This document shows, piece after piece, positions 13,455-24,459 of a stretch of 64,000 nt of DNA. Below the pieces are notes generated by a model. That model worked only from the letters and a program-made list of their open reading frames with translations, was not told the DNA's origin and ran no database searches. Every line of letters begins with the position of its first letter. The stretch's first letter is position 1. Source of the stretch: Mustelus asterias (lineage: Eukaryota); NCBI RefSeq assembly GCF_964213995.1, contig NC_135801.1:108252001-108316000 (forward strand), in the 5' to 3' direction. The position numbers and the translations under genes were made by a program.

Positions 13455-13950
13455 AAACAGTCTCCCATATGGGAAACTTATAAAGAAGGCAAATGCACAT
13501 GGGACACTGAGCAATTTGATAAAGTGGATTCAAAATTGGCTCAGTTGTAGCAGGCAGAGGGTGATGACAGAAGGCAGCTTTAGTGACTGGAAGCCAGTGT
13601 CCAGTGGCGCACCACAGGGATCTGTGTTGGGTCCCCTATCATTCGTCATTTATATAAACAACATAGCTGACTATGTGGGGGGTAGGATTAGTAAGTTTGT
13701 GAATGACACAAAGATTAGCCAGGTGGTTAACAATGAGGCTGTGTGTCTTGGGCTGCAAGAAGATATAAATGAGATGGTCAAATGGGCAGATAAGTGGCAG
13801 ATGGAATTTAACCCTGAAAAGTGTGAGGTGATACACTTTGGAAGGAGTAATTTGACAAGGAAGTATTCAATGAACAGCATGGCATTAGGAAGTTCTGTGG
13901 AACAAAGGGACCTTGGCATGTTTGCCCATAGGTCTCTGAAGGAAGAAGTC
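13455..13950 (+). mobile_element. CR1 LINE RT fragment
   Basis: ORF 13417-14022: SGAPQGSVLGP, KWQMEFNPEKCEVIHFG. Confidence 0.85.
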
Positions 13951-13964
13951 CTTTCGGGAAGGAA

Positions 13965-14108
13965 ATTCTGCTGTCCTTATCTGGTCTGGATCCCAGACCC
14001 AAGCATTGTGGTTGACTCCTAAATGCCCTAAATGGCAATTAGGGATGGGCAATAAATGCTGGCCTAGGTAGTGACACCCACATACCATGAACAAATAAAG
14101 AAAAAAAA
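13965..14108 (+). mobile_element. Family B LINE 3' tail with A-rich end
   Basis: ggcaattagggatgggcaataaatgctggcctagg...ataaagaaaaaaaaa. Confidence 0.65.
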
Positions 14109-14259
14109 ATGAGCCAATTTACAAAAACGCTACATTTCTCAACTACAAGCTCATTTCCCCAATTTTTTGGTCAAACACTGTTAAAACACAAGCTGCTAGA
14201 AGTATCCAAATCATCAACACAAACACCAAGAATAAATGTAAAAACTGTTATCAAATTAG

Positions 14260-14600
14260 GGTGGCACGGTAGCACAGTGGTTAGCACTGCTGCTTCACAG
14301 CTCCAGGGTCCCGGGTTCGATTCCCGGCTCGGGTCACTGTCTGTGTGGAGTTTGCACATTCTCCTAGTGTCTGCGTGGGTTTCCTCCGAGTGCTCCGGTT
14401 TCCTCCCACAGTCCAAAGATGTGCGGGTTAGGTTGATTGGCCAGGTTAAAAATTGCCCCTTAGAGTCCTGGGATGCGTAGGTTAGAGGGATTAGCGGGTA
14501 AATATGTGGGGATAGGGCCTGGGTGGGATTGTGGTCGGTGCAGACTCGATGGGCCGAATGGCCTCCTTCTGCACTGTAGGGTTTCTATGAATTTCTATGA
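14260..14600 (+). mobile_element. Young HE1 SINE, full length
   Basis: Intact A/B boxes; near-identical to 27941-28293 and 54247-54590; 7-bp TSD aaattag (14253-14259 / 14601-14607). Confidence 0.93.
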
Positions 14601-14934
14601 AAATTAGACTCACTGACCCCACCTACAGACTTCACAAAATTCTAACTTACTGATAAGATGCAAAAGTGGTTCAATGTGCATGTCTGAGACTCGTTCTTTG
14701 TTGTATTTAGTAAGACATTTCTGTACGTAACACGTAATACCTGTGCATTTACACCGGTATCTCAATCTCAATGTCAAGTGATCTTATCAAAAGCTCAAAA
14801 TGGGTCTCTATCTCAAGATCTTTGTTTATCCTTCCCTACATGACCCCAAAGACTCAGATGCTGGCCAGACTGTGCAATTCAGTTGTTTTATAAAGTTCAT
14901 AGGAAAGGACACAACTATCTCCAAGAGAAAGCTA

Positions 14935-15577
14935 AGAGCCAAATATTGCAGCTGTTGGAATCTGAAACGAAAACAGAAAGTGCTGGAAAATCTCAGCAGG
15001 TCTGGCAGCATCTGGGAGAGAGAATAGAGCCAACATTTCGAGTCTAGATGACCCTTCGTCAGAGCTGAGCGCAAAGAGAATCAGCGGAGATTTATACATT
15101 GATGGTGGGGGGAATTAGCTGGGGGTGGAATGGGACAAAGGGAATGTAAATGAGGATACAGGAGGCTGAAAAGGTGTTATAAAGGAGTCAATTAAGTGAT
15201 GAGAATGCCTGAATGACAGAACAGAGGTACAGATTGTTAAAGGACTGCCTGAGGAATGTGGCAGTTGCCCTGAACAGCGGGGAGGCAAGAAGGAGAGCTT
15301 GAATGGAAAGTGGAAAACCAGAGGTGACAACACCTCATCTTCCAATTGGGCACTTTACAACCTTCTGGACTGAACATGAAGTTCAACATGAACCCTCTCC
15401 TCCACCTTCACCCCATTTCCATTTATTTTATTTCATTTTGTTTCATCTCATTCATCCATTTTATCATCCTTCTTTCTCACCTCCATTTTTCCACTTTCCA
15501 TTCCAGCTTTCCTTCTCCCTCTACCCCCCCACTCCACTTTTTCAGCTGCTGAGAATTTCCAGCATTTTCTGTTTTTG
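14935..15577. mobile_element. Penelope-like element remnant with internal inversion
   Basis: 15-bp TSD tccaagagaaagcta (14920-14934 / 15578-15592); plus-strand 15328-15387 encodes QHLIFQLGTLQPSGLNMKFN (typical PLE GIY-YIG C-terminus); inverted ends aaaacagaaagtgctggaaaatctcagcag / ctgctgagaatttccagcattttctgttttt. Confidence 0.85.
15028..15066 (-). ncRNA. Minimal type I hammerhead ribozyme motif (PLE family B), stem III mutated
   Basis: Minus strand AGCU-CUGACGA-A-GGGUC-AUCUA-GACUC-GAA-AUGU-U-GGCU. Confidence 0.7.
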
Positions 15578-17067
15578 TCCAAGAGAAAGCTATCTATTTA
15601 CCAGTCTGTTCTGCACGTGCCTTTCACCAAAATGTACATCAAAACTAGATGAACATATTCCATTGAGCTACACCCAGGTTGTGTTCCCATTTGGTGGTGT
15701 GATTTTCCTGGCTCTACCTTTTAAGTGGGCATCCTACTAAATTATCATTCTATCTCGTTCATGAACACTGATGAAACTTTGCTGTCCAATAAAGTATTCT
15801 TATACCTTTAAAACTGAAACCAAACATTCTCAAATAGTCCTAGTAATTAACAGAGCTTCTCTCTGAATCAACTTTTTTTAATACCCTTTAATAACCACCT
15901 GTTTTTCCAATTTTTTTAAAATTGAAAATTAAAATTTGATTATCCCCTTAAACTTCAGGTAACTTTCCCTTTTGAGTGCTCGAAATGGCAACTCATCAAT
16001 TTGTTTTATTAATTCCAATTTTGGAAGCAATTATGCTTAGTTTTAAATGGTGCTTTAACAGAAATGCTTGCAGCTAATTTCAAGGTCACTCCATGTCTCC
16101 CCTTTTTGAGCACTGTGTCTTGGCAGATAACAAATGGAATAAAGTCAAATTGTTAAAAGGCAAAGACTTTGTTCAAATTTTGACCATGCTGTCAATGGAA
16201 AGCGTTAACTTCTTTGCTTGCTTGCAAAAGGGCAGAACAAGAAACCTTCTCAAAGGTACACAATTGTATCTGCCTCCAGATTGAAGAAGAATCGAACACC
16301 ATTTTAAAATGTTTTTTCAGGTCTTAGTTTCTTCCTTAGGAACTGAAAAGCTGAAAAATCCTTCAGTAAGAACTTGAAAAGAAAACACTCAAGAGGGAAG
16401 ATAACATTTTAGATTAAACTCCCATTTGTTTCCAAACCTATTAGCTTCTTGCTCAATTTAAAAAATATATATTTTGATTGTAAACAACACCCACCTTTAA
16501 CTGACTTGACAATGTCTCAGCTGGTTAAAGGTGAGAGTGTGTACCAACCTGCTAATATCTTTGGGTTTGGTCACATTCTGGAATCATGTTTATGAGTTGT
16601 AAATACACCTGGCACAAACTCTTCTGGATCAAGAGGTGGCTGGTTTCTACTCCTCTGTTAAGACCTGGGGCATGCCATTTGTGGAGTCAGGGTGAAGGTC
16701 ATGAATGCCGATGAGGGAGGATTTGGACAATTGGTGTTAATTGTTGACGGCTGCCAGTTTCAACATATTAAACATGCCCACTTGATTACACAATTTCCTC
16801 TGCATGTTTTAAAATTGTTTTCAATTACCATTAAATGCAATTTTGCACTGAAGTGTTAGAGGCATAGAAAATTAGACATGTTTTTCTGGTGTTTCCCACC
16901 CTACCTTTTTGTGTAGTGAAATATGTACAACATATTACTTATATATACTTAATTGCATGCAACTGACAAAGCAATTGGACTATTTACATTTTGCAAGAAT
17001 CAGAGTTTAATTTTTTAATCTTAAAAAACAAACATAGCATTCATAAAATGTTCATATTCTAGCTTAC

Positions 17068-17240
17068 CGGCAGCAGATGACTGCCTTGCAAGACAAAGCA
17101 AGATCCAAAAAAGACTGTCGCACTCCAAATGTCAGGGCATATTTGAGGGTTTTCCCATCTATAATGAGTGCAAAGTCATTGTCCTTGCGCAAAGCATCAC
17201 CTAGAGTATTGCAGTGATGCACGAGTGTTTCCCTTGTTGT
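17068..17240 (-). CDS. ATP8A1: ATP8A1 coding exon, 173 nt: [57 protein letters not shown](R)
   Basis: CACAG|ACAACA ... TGCTGCCG|GTAAGC; residues [15 protein letters not shown] fit ATP8A1 better than ATP8A2. Confidence 0.96.
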
Positions 17241-18199
17241 CTGTGAATTAATTAAAAAAAGTAAATTGGAATACACAAAGAAAAAAATTCTCAGAAAACC
17301 GATAAGTCATCCTACTACTTTCAAAGCAAAAACCTGAAAATTTAAAATGATGAGTTTCACTGAAGGACTTGCCCATCAAAATCTGGTTCATATAAATAAA
17401 AGAAAGTACTGTGGATGCTGAAATTGTGAAATAAAAATCTAGTTCAATGGATTAGAATTGAAACACATTTCAGTTCTTCCACCGTAAAAAGGTGAGGTTT
17501 CTAAAAACCTGATATGAATACCATGATGAATTATTTCCTCGACTCAGGTTAAATCACTGAAAGGAGTGTTTGATCCAGTTTCCATCATTCTATGGTATAG
17601 GTGGATTTTGCAACTAGCAGAATTCCAAAGAAAAGCCAACACTTTCTCATTTCTTCTTGTGCTGATGCTGTAAGTTATTGCAGTGGAGAGGGAACACGGT
17701 AGAGGTACATTTGTTACCTCTGACGAAGAAAAGTCAAATGTACTAATCACATGAAATGTGTTGAATTACAATAATAACTTGTATTTGTACAGCACCTTTA
17801 ACCAGAACATGCAAGGAATCCCCAATAACGGATTTTCAAAATAACTTCAGAATGCAGAGGGCATCTTTGACAAACCTGATCCAAAATTTGAGGGGCTACC
17901 AAATCAATGGACAAGGAAATTCAGTACAAATCAACCACAAGAATTCCCGTCAAGTCACACGAGGGATGGCTCAAAAACAAAATCACATTGCATTGTGCAA
18001 GGGCAAGAAAGAAAGAGGGATAAATATTGAACAGGGCACAGTGAATGATTTTAAATGGGGCAGCTTCCCCAGAACTCCAGTTGTATGTGGCTTGCCTTAG
18101 TCTGTAGTGCTGGATGACCATTACATTCATTGTACTCATCAATGATCTGGGGGAGGGGGATAGATATGTCAGTGAACATATTTTAGTCTCAGTTGTGTC

Positions 18200-18650
18200 A
18201 GCCATGGGTCAGTTGGTAGCATTCTCACTCCTGAGTCACAAGGTTCCAGGTTCCAGTCACATTCCAGGACTTGAGCACAAAGATCAAGGCTGGCACTACA
18301 GTACAACACCAAGGGAATTCCGCACTATTGGTGGTATTGTATTTCAGAGACATTAAGGCACGGCCCAATCTGTTGCATCAGGTGGATGCAAAAGAACCCC
18401 TGGCGCTGTTTCGAAGAGCAGGGGAGTTATCTGGGGAGATCTGGACAATATTTATTCCTTAATCAAAATCATAAAAACAGATTATCTGGCTATTATCAAG
18501 TTACTGTTTTTGGGAGTTTGCTGAACATTTATTGGCTGCTGTGTTACCTACATTAACTCATTGACTACACTTCAAAAGTATTTCATCAGCTTTGAGATGT
18601 CCATTGGTTGTGAAACCTATTATATAAATGAGTGTCCTTTCTTTCTTTAT
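18200..18650 (+). mobile_element. DeuSINE (SacSINE1-like): tRNA head, Deu domain, L2-like tail
   Basis: Head gggtcagttggtagc...ggttccagtc; Deu-like caggtggatgcaaaagaacccctggcgctgtttcgaagagcaggggag; tail tatataaatg...ctttctttctt. Confidence 0.75.
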
Positions 18651-18974
18651 TTGTAATTTTGTGTTAGAGTCAGTAATTTATAAGAATGAAATAGATTGAA
18701 AATGGATCTGGGAAGATTGAGCAAACAAGCCCAAGACGAGCAAATGACAGTCAATGGAGTTCAGAGCATATTGATTCTGTCTACAGGCAGAAAATTCCAG
18801 GACTTACAATCACAATCAGTCACCTCATGGGCAAGCATGCTCCCACTCTATCATTGCCATCAAGCCAGGGAATTCAACCCGGGCCCAATGTTAAGTATGG
18901 GAGGGCAGGCCAGGCCAGGAACAGCACCAAGCATACCTAAAAATGAGATGTCAACCTGTGAAGCTACACTCAGT

Positions 18975-21140
18975 AAACAAAGAACAAAGTACTGCACAGG
19001 AACAGGCCCTTCAGCATGCCAAGCCTGTGCCAATCATGATGCCCCAACTAAACTAAAAGAAACCTTCTGCTCTTACTCGGTCCATATTCTTCTATTCTCT
19101 CCTTAGTCATGTACCCATCCAAATGCCTCTTAAATGTTGCTAATGTGCCTGCTTCCACCACCACCTCTGGCAGCACATCCCAGGCACCCACCACTCTCTG
19201 CATGAAAAACTCCCCCCCCCCCCCCGCCGCACATCTCCCTTAAATTTTTCCCTTCTCACCCCCTTGTAATTGACACTTCCACCCTTGGAAAAAGCCCCTG
19301 ATTATCCATCCTGTCCATGCCTCTCAATTTTGTAGACCTCTATCAGGTCTCCCCTCAGCCTCTGTCTTTCCAGTGAAAACAATCCTAGTTTATTCAATCT
19401 CTCATCATAGCAAACAGCCCCGAGACCAGACAACATCCTGGTGAACCTTCTTTGCACTTTCTCCAAAGCTTCCACGTCCTTCTGGTAGTGTGGTGACCAG
19501 AACTGCATACAATACTCTAAATGTGGCCGAACCAAGGTTTTATATAGCTGCAACATGATTTTCCAACTCCTGTACTCAATGCCCTGGCTGATGAAGACAA
19601 GCATGCCATATGCCCTCTTAATAATCTTGGCCACCTGTGTTGCCACTTTTAGGGATCCGTGTACCTGCACGCCCAGATCCCTCTGTATGTTAATGTTCCT
19701 AAGGGTTCTGCCATTGACAGTATAATTCACACCTAAATTTGATCCTCCAAAATGCATCATCCAGATTAAACTCCATCTGCCATTTCTGTGCCCAAGGCTC
19801 CAATCTATCTATATCCTGTTGTATCCTCTGACAATCCCCGGCACCATCAGCAATACCACCAATCTTTATGTCATCCACAAACTTATTAATCAGACTACCC
19901 ACATTTTCCTCCAGATCATTTATATATACTACAAACAACAGAGGTACCAGCACAGATCCCTGCAGAACACCATTAGCTAGAGATCTCCATTCTGAAAAAC
20001 ACCTTCCCACTGCTACTCTGTCTTCTATAACCAAGATGTGGAGATGCCGGCGTTGGACTTACTATGGTTAAGACAAGTTAAAGTCCAACAGGTTTATTTG
20101 GTAGCAAAAACCACTAGCTTTCGGAACAGGCTGTTCCTTCAGCCTCTATAACCAAGCCAGTTCTATATCCATCTAGCCAGCTCACCCCGAATCCCATGTG
20201 ATTTTAGTTTTTGTACCAGTCTGCCATGTGGGACTTTGTGAAACACCTTACTAAAGTCCATATAAATTACACCCATAGCCCTTCCCTCATCAATTATCTT
20301 TGACATTGCTTCAAAAAACTCAATCAAGTTGGTGAGACATGCCATTCCCCGTACAAAACCATGCTGCCCGTCACTAACTAGTCCATTTTCTTCCAAATCT
20401 GCATATATCCTGTCCCTCAGTATCTTCTCCAAAGCTTCCCCACCACTGATGTCAGGCTCACCAGCCTATAATTTCCTGGATTATCCCCACTTCCTTTCTT
20501 AAAGAAGGGAACAACATCGGCTATTCTTCAGTCCTCTGGAACCTCACCTGTGGTCAGAGGAAGTGAAGATATCTGTTAAGGCCCCAGCTATTTCTCCCCT
20601 TGCCTCCCACAATAATCTGGGATAGATCCCATCTGGCCCCAGGGACTTGTCTAGCTTAATGCAATTTAGGATACTCAACACTTCCTCCTTCGATATATTA
20701 ACATTCTCTAGAGCGTTCACACACCTATCTCTGAACTCAACATCCGACATGCCCTTATCCTTGCTGAGTACGGATACTAAGTACTCATTAAGGATCTCAC
20801 CCACTTCCTGTGGTTCCATGCATAACTTCATTGTCCTTGAATGGGCCTACTCTTTCTCTTGCTACCCTCTTGCTCCTAATATATGCTTAAAAAGCCTTGG
20901 ATTCTCCTTGACCATGTTTGCTAAAGACATTTAATTGCCCCTTTTAGCCCTCCTAATTCCACGTTTAAGTTCCTTCCTATTTTCACTATACTCCTCAAGG
21001 GCTTCCTCAGTTTTAGATGCCTTGACCTATCTATTGTATGCTTCCTTATTCCTTTTGACTGAGCTTACAATTTCCCTTGTCATTCATAGTTCCCGAATCC
21101 TGCCATTTCTATCCTTCATTTTTACTGGGACATGCCTGTC
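18975..21140 (-). mobile_element. CR1 LINE, 5'-truncated and degenerate, interrupted by a PLE fragment
   Basis: ORFs 19302-19760, 19699-20034, 20163-20432, 20544-20831 (QHGF, DFSK.F.KVPH, RPHLEYC). Confidence 0.9.
20036..20144 (-). mobile_element. Short Penelope-like pLTR fragment (family A) with truncated hammerhead
   Basis: 12-bp TSD tctataaccaag (20024-20035 / 20145-20156); minus strand CUGA..AGGAACAGCCUGUUCC-GAAAGCUA; tail agtccaacgccggcatctccacat. Confidence 0.82.
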
Positions 21141-21244
21141 AGGATTACTTATGTGCCAAACAGTGGAAACAGCATGTAAGACAGAGCTAAGAAATCTCAC
21201 AACCAATGGGTCAAATCTAAGCTGTGCAGTCCTGCCCATCCAGC

Positions 21245-21553
21245 TGCACTGCTGCCTCACAGCTCCAGGGACTAAGATTCAATTCCAGCCTCAGGTCACT
21301 GTCTGTGTGGAATTTGCACATTCTCCCTGTGTCTGCGTGGGTTTCCTCCAGGAGTTCCGGTTTCCTCCCACACTCCAAAGATGTGTGGGTTAGGGTTGAT
21401 TGGCCATGCTAAATTGCCCCTTAGTGTTGGGAGGATTAGCAGGGCAATACTTAGGGTTACAGGGATAGGGTCTTGGCGGGGTTGTTGGTGGCGCAGGCTC
21501 GATGGGTCGAATGGCCTCCTTCTGCACTGTAGGGTTTCTATGATTCTACATGA
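21245..21553 (+). mobile_element. HE1 SINE, slightly 5'-truncated
   Basis: V core and CR1-like tail. Confidence 0.88.
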
Positions 21554-21569
21554 TTGGGGCAGGGGGGGG

Positions 21570-24456
21570 AAGAGCAATCATCCTCAACACCGGTGCCCCA
21601 CAAGGCTGTGTTCTCAGTCGCCTACTATACTCCTACATCTATGACCGTGTGGCCAAATTCCCTTCCAATTCTATTTTCAAGTTTGCTGACGACAGTGGGT
21701 CGGATCTCAAACAATGATGAGACAGAGTACAGGAAAGAGATAAAGAATCTGGTGAACTTGTGCAGCAACAATAATCTCTCCCTCAATGTCAACAAAATGA
21801 AGGAGATTGTCATCAACTTCAGGAAACGCAAAGGAGAACATGCCCCTGTCTACATCAACGGGGACGAAGTAGAAAGAGACGAGAGCTTCAATTTTTTAGG
21901 TGTCCAGATCACCAACAACCTGTCCTGGTCCCCACATGCTGACACTATAGTTAAGAAAGCCCACCAACGCCTCTACTTTCTCAGAAGACTAAGGAAACTG
22001 AAAACAGATGGAGCTCTGGAGGAATACAGAGAGAGTAGGAAAGAACTCAAACGGGGAGTTAGAAGGGCAAAAAGAGGTCACGAGATGTTCTTGGCAGGCA
22101 GGATTAAGGAGAATACTAAGGCATTCTATTCATACGTTAGGAACAAAAGAGTTGTCAGGGAGAAAATCGGACCTCTCAGGGACAAAGGAGGGGAATTATG
22201 CTTAGAACCCAAGGGAATAGGGGAGATCCTAAATGAATACTTTGCATCGGTATTCACGAAGGAGAGGGGCGTGTTAACCGGGAGTGTCTCGGAGGGAGGT
22301 GTTGACCCGTTAGAGAAAATCTCCATTACAAGAGAGGAGGTGTTAGGTTTTTTAGGGAACATTAAAACTGACAAAGCCCCAGGGCCTGATGGCATCTATC
22401 CTCGACTGCTCAGGGAGACGAGAGATGAAATTGCTGGGCCTCTGACGGAAATCTTTGTCGCTTCTTTGGACACGGGTGAGGTCCCTGAGGATTGGAGGAT
22501 AGCGAATGTGGTCCCGCTGTTTAAGAAGGGTAGCAGGGATAACCCAGGAAATTATAGGCCGGTGAGCTTGACGTCCGTGGTAGGGAAGTTGTTGGAGAGG
22601 ATTCTTAGAGACAGGATGTATGTGCATTTAGAACGGAATAATCTCATTTGTGACAGACAGCATGGTTTTGTAAGAGGGAGGTCGTGCCTTACAAATTTGG
22701 AGGAGTTTTTTGAGGAAGTGACAAAAACGGTTGATGAAGGAAGGGCCGTGGATGTCGTCTATATGGATTTCAGTAAGGCATTTGACAAAGTCCCACATGG
22801 CAGGTTGGTTAAGAAGGTTAATGCTCATGGGATACAAGGAGAAGTGGCTAGATGGGTGGAGAACTGGCTTGGCCATAGGAGACAGAGGGTAGTGGTCGAA
22901 GGGTCTTTTTCCGGCTGGAGGTCTGTGACCAGTGGTGTTCCGTAGGGCTCTGTACTGGGACCTCTGCTATTTGTGATATATATAAATGATTTGGAAGGTG
23001 GTGTAACTGGTGTAATCAGCAAGTTTGCGGATGACACGAAGATGGCTGGAATTGCGGATAGCGAAGAGCATTGTCGGGCAATACAGCAGGATATAGATAG
23101 GCTGGAAAATTGGGCGGAGAGGTGGCAGATGGAGTTTAATCCGGATAAATGCGAAGTGATGCATTTTGGAAGAAATAATGTAGGGAGGAGTTATACAATA
23201 AATGGCAGAGTCATCAGGAGTATAGAAACACAGAGGGACCTAGGTGTGCAAGTCCACAAATCCTTGAAGGTGGCAACACAGGTGGAGAAGGTGGTGAAGG
23301 CGGCATATGGTATGCTTGCCTTTATAGGACGGGGTATAGAGTATAAAAGCTGGAGTCTGATGATGCAGCTGTATAGAACGCTGGTTAGGCCACATTTGGA
23401 GTACTGCGTCCAGTTCTGGTCGCCGCACTACCAGAAGGACGTGGAGGCATTGGAGAGAGTGCAGAGAAGGTTTACCAGGATGTTGCCTGGTATGGAGGGT
23501 CTTAGCTATGGGGAGAGATTGGGTAGACTGGGGTTGTTCTCCTTGGAAAGACGGAGAATGAGGGGAGATCTAATAGAGGTATACAAGATTATGAAGGGTA
23601 TAGATAGGGTGAACAGTGGGAAGCTTTTTCCCAGGTCGGAGGTGACGATCACGAGGGGTCACGGGCTCAAGCTGAGAGGGGCGAAGTATAACTCAGACAT
23701 CAGAGGGACGTTTTTTACACAGAGGGTGGTGGGGGCCTGGAATGCGCTGCCAAGTAAGGTGGTGGAGGCAGGCACGCTGACATCGTTTAAGACTTACCTG
23801 GATAGTCACATGAGCAGCCTGGGAATGGAGGGATACAAACGATTGGTCTAGTTGGACCAAGGAGCGGCACAGGCTTGGAGGGCCGAAGGGCCTGTTTCCT
23901 GTGCTGTACTGTTCTTTGTTCTTTGTTGAAATTTGGCACGTCAGCTACGACTCTCACCAACCTTCACAGATGCACCATAGAAAGCATTCTTTCTGGTTGT
24001 ATCACAGCTTGGTATGGCTCCTGCTCTGCCCAAGACCGCAAGGAACTACAAAAGGTTGTAAACGTAGCCCAATCCATCACGCAAGCCAGCCTCCCATCCA
24101 TTGATTCTGTCTGCGCTTCCCGCTGCCTCGGCAAAGCAGCCAGCATAATTAAGGATCCCACACACCTCGGACATTCTCTCTTCCACCTTCTTCCGTCGGG
24201 AAAAAGATAGAAAAGTTTGAGGTCACATACCAGCCGACTCGAGAACAGCTTCTTCCCTGCTGCTGTCAGACTTTTGAATGGACTTACCTTTCATTAAGTT
24301 GATCTTTCTCTACACCCTAGCTATGACTGTAACACTACATTCTGCACTCTCTCGTTTCCTTCTCTATGAATGGTATGTTTTGTCTGTACAGCACGCAAGA
24401 AACAATACTTTTCACTGTATGTTAATACATGTGACAATAATAAATCAAATCAAATC
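21570..24456 (+). mobile_element. Rex1/Babar LINE fragment split by a CR1 insertion
   Basis: IILNTGAPQGCVLS..., KFADD, FLRRLRK|FG continues after 23928; tail gtgacaataataaatcaaatcaaatc. Confidence 0.88.
21998..23927 (+). mobile_element. Young CR1 LINE, 5'-truncated; RT frame interrupted by one stop codon
   Basis: ORFs 21554-22945 and 22973-23851 in one frame separated by TAG 22943-22945 (SGVP*GSVLGP); 4-bp TSD gaaa; tail (gttcttt)n. Confidence 0.93.
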
Positions 24457-24459
24457 AGA

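Noticed and set aside
14109-14480. Recurring ORFs of the type MVSTAASQLQGPGFDSRLGSLSVWSLH (also at 24627, 28087, 31194, 54196)
   Set aside because: Translations of HE1 SINE copies, not a gene family.
17701-17745. Hairpin followed by CTGACGAAG resembling a hammerhead
   Set aside because: No stem II or correctly placed GAAA.
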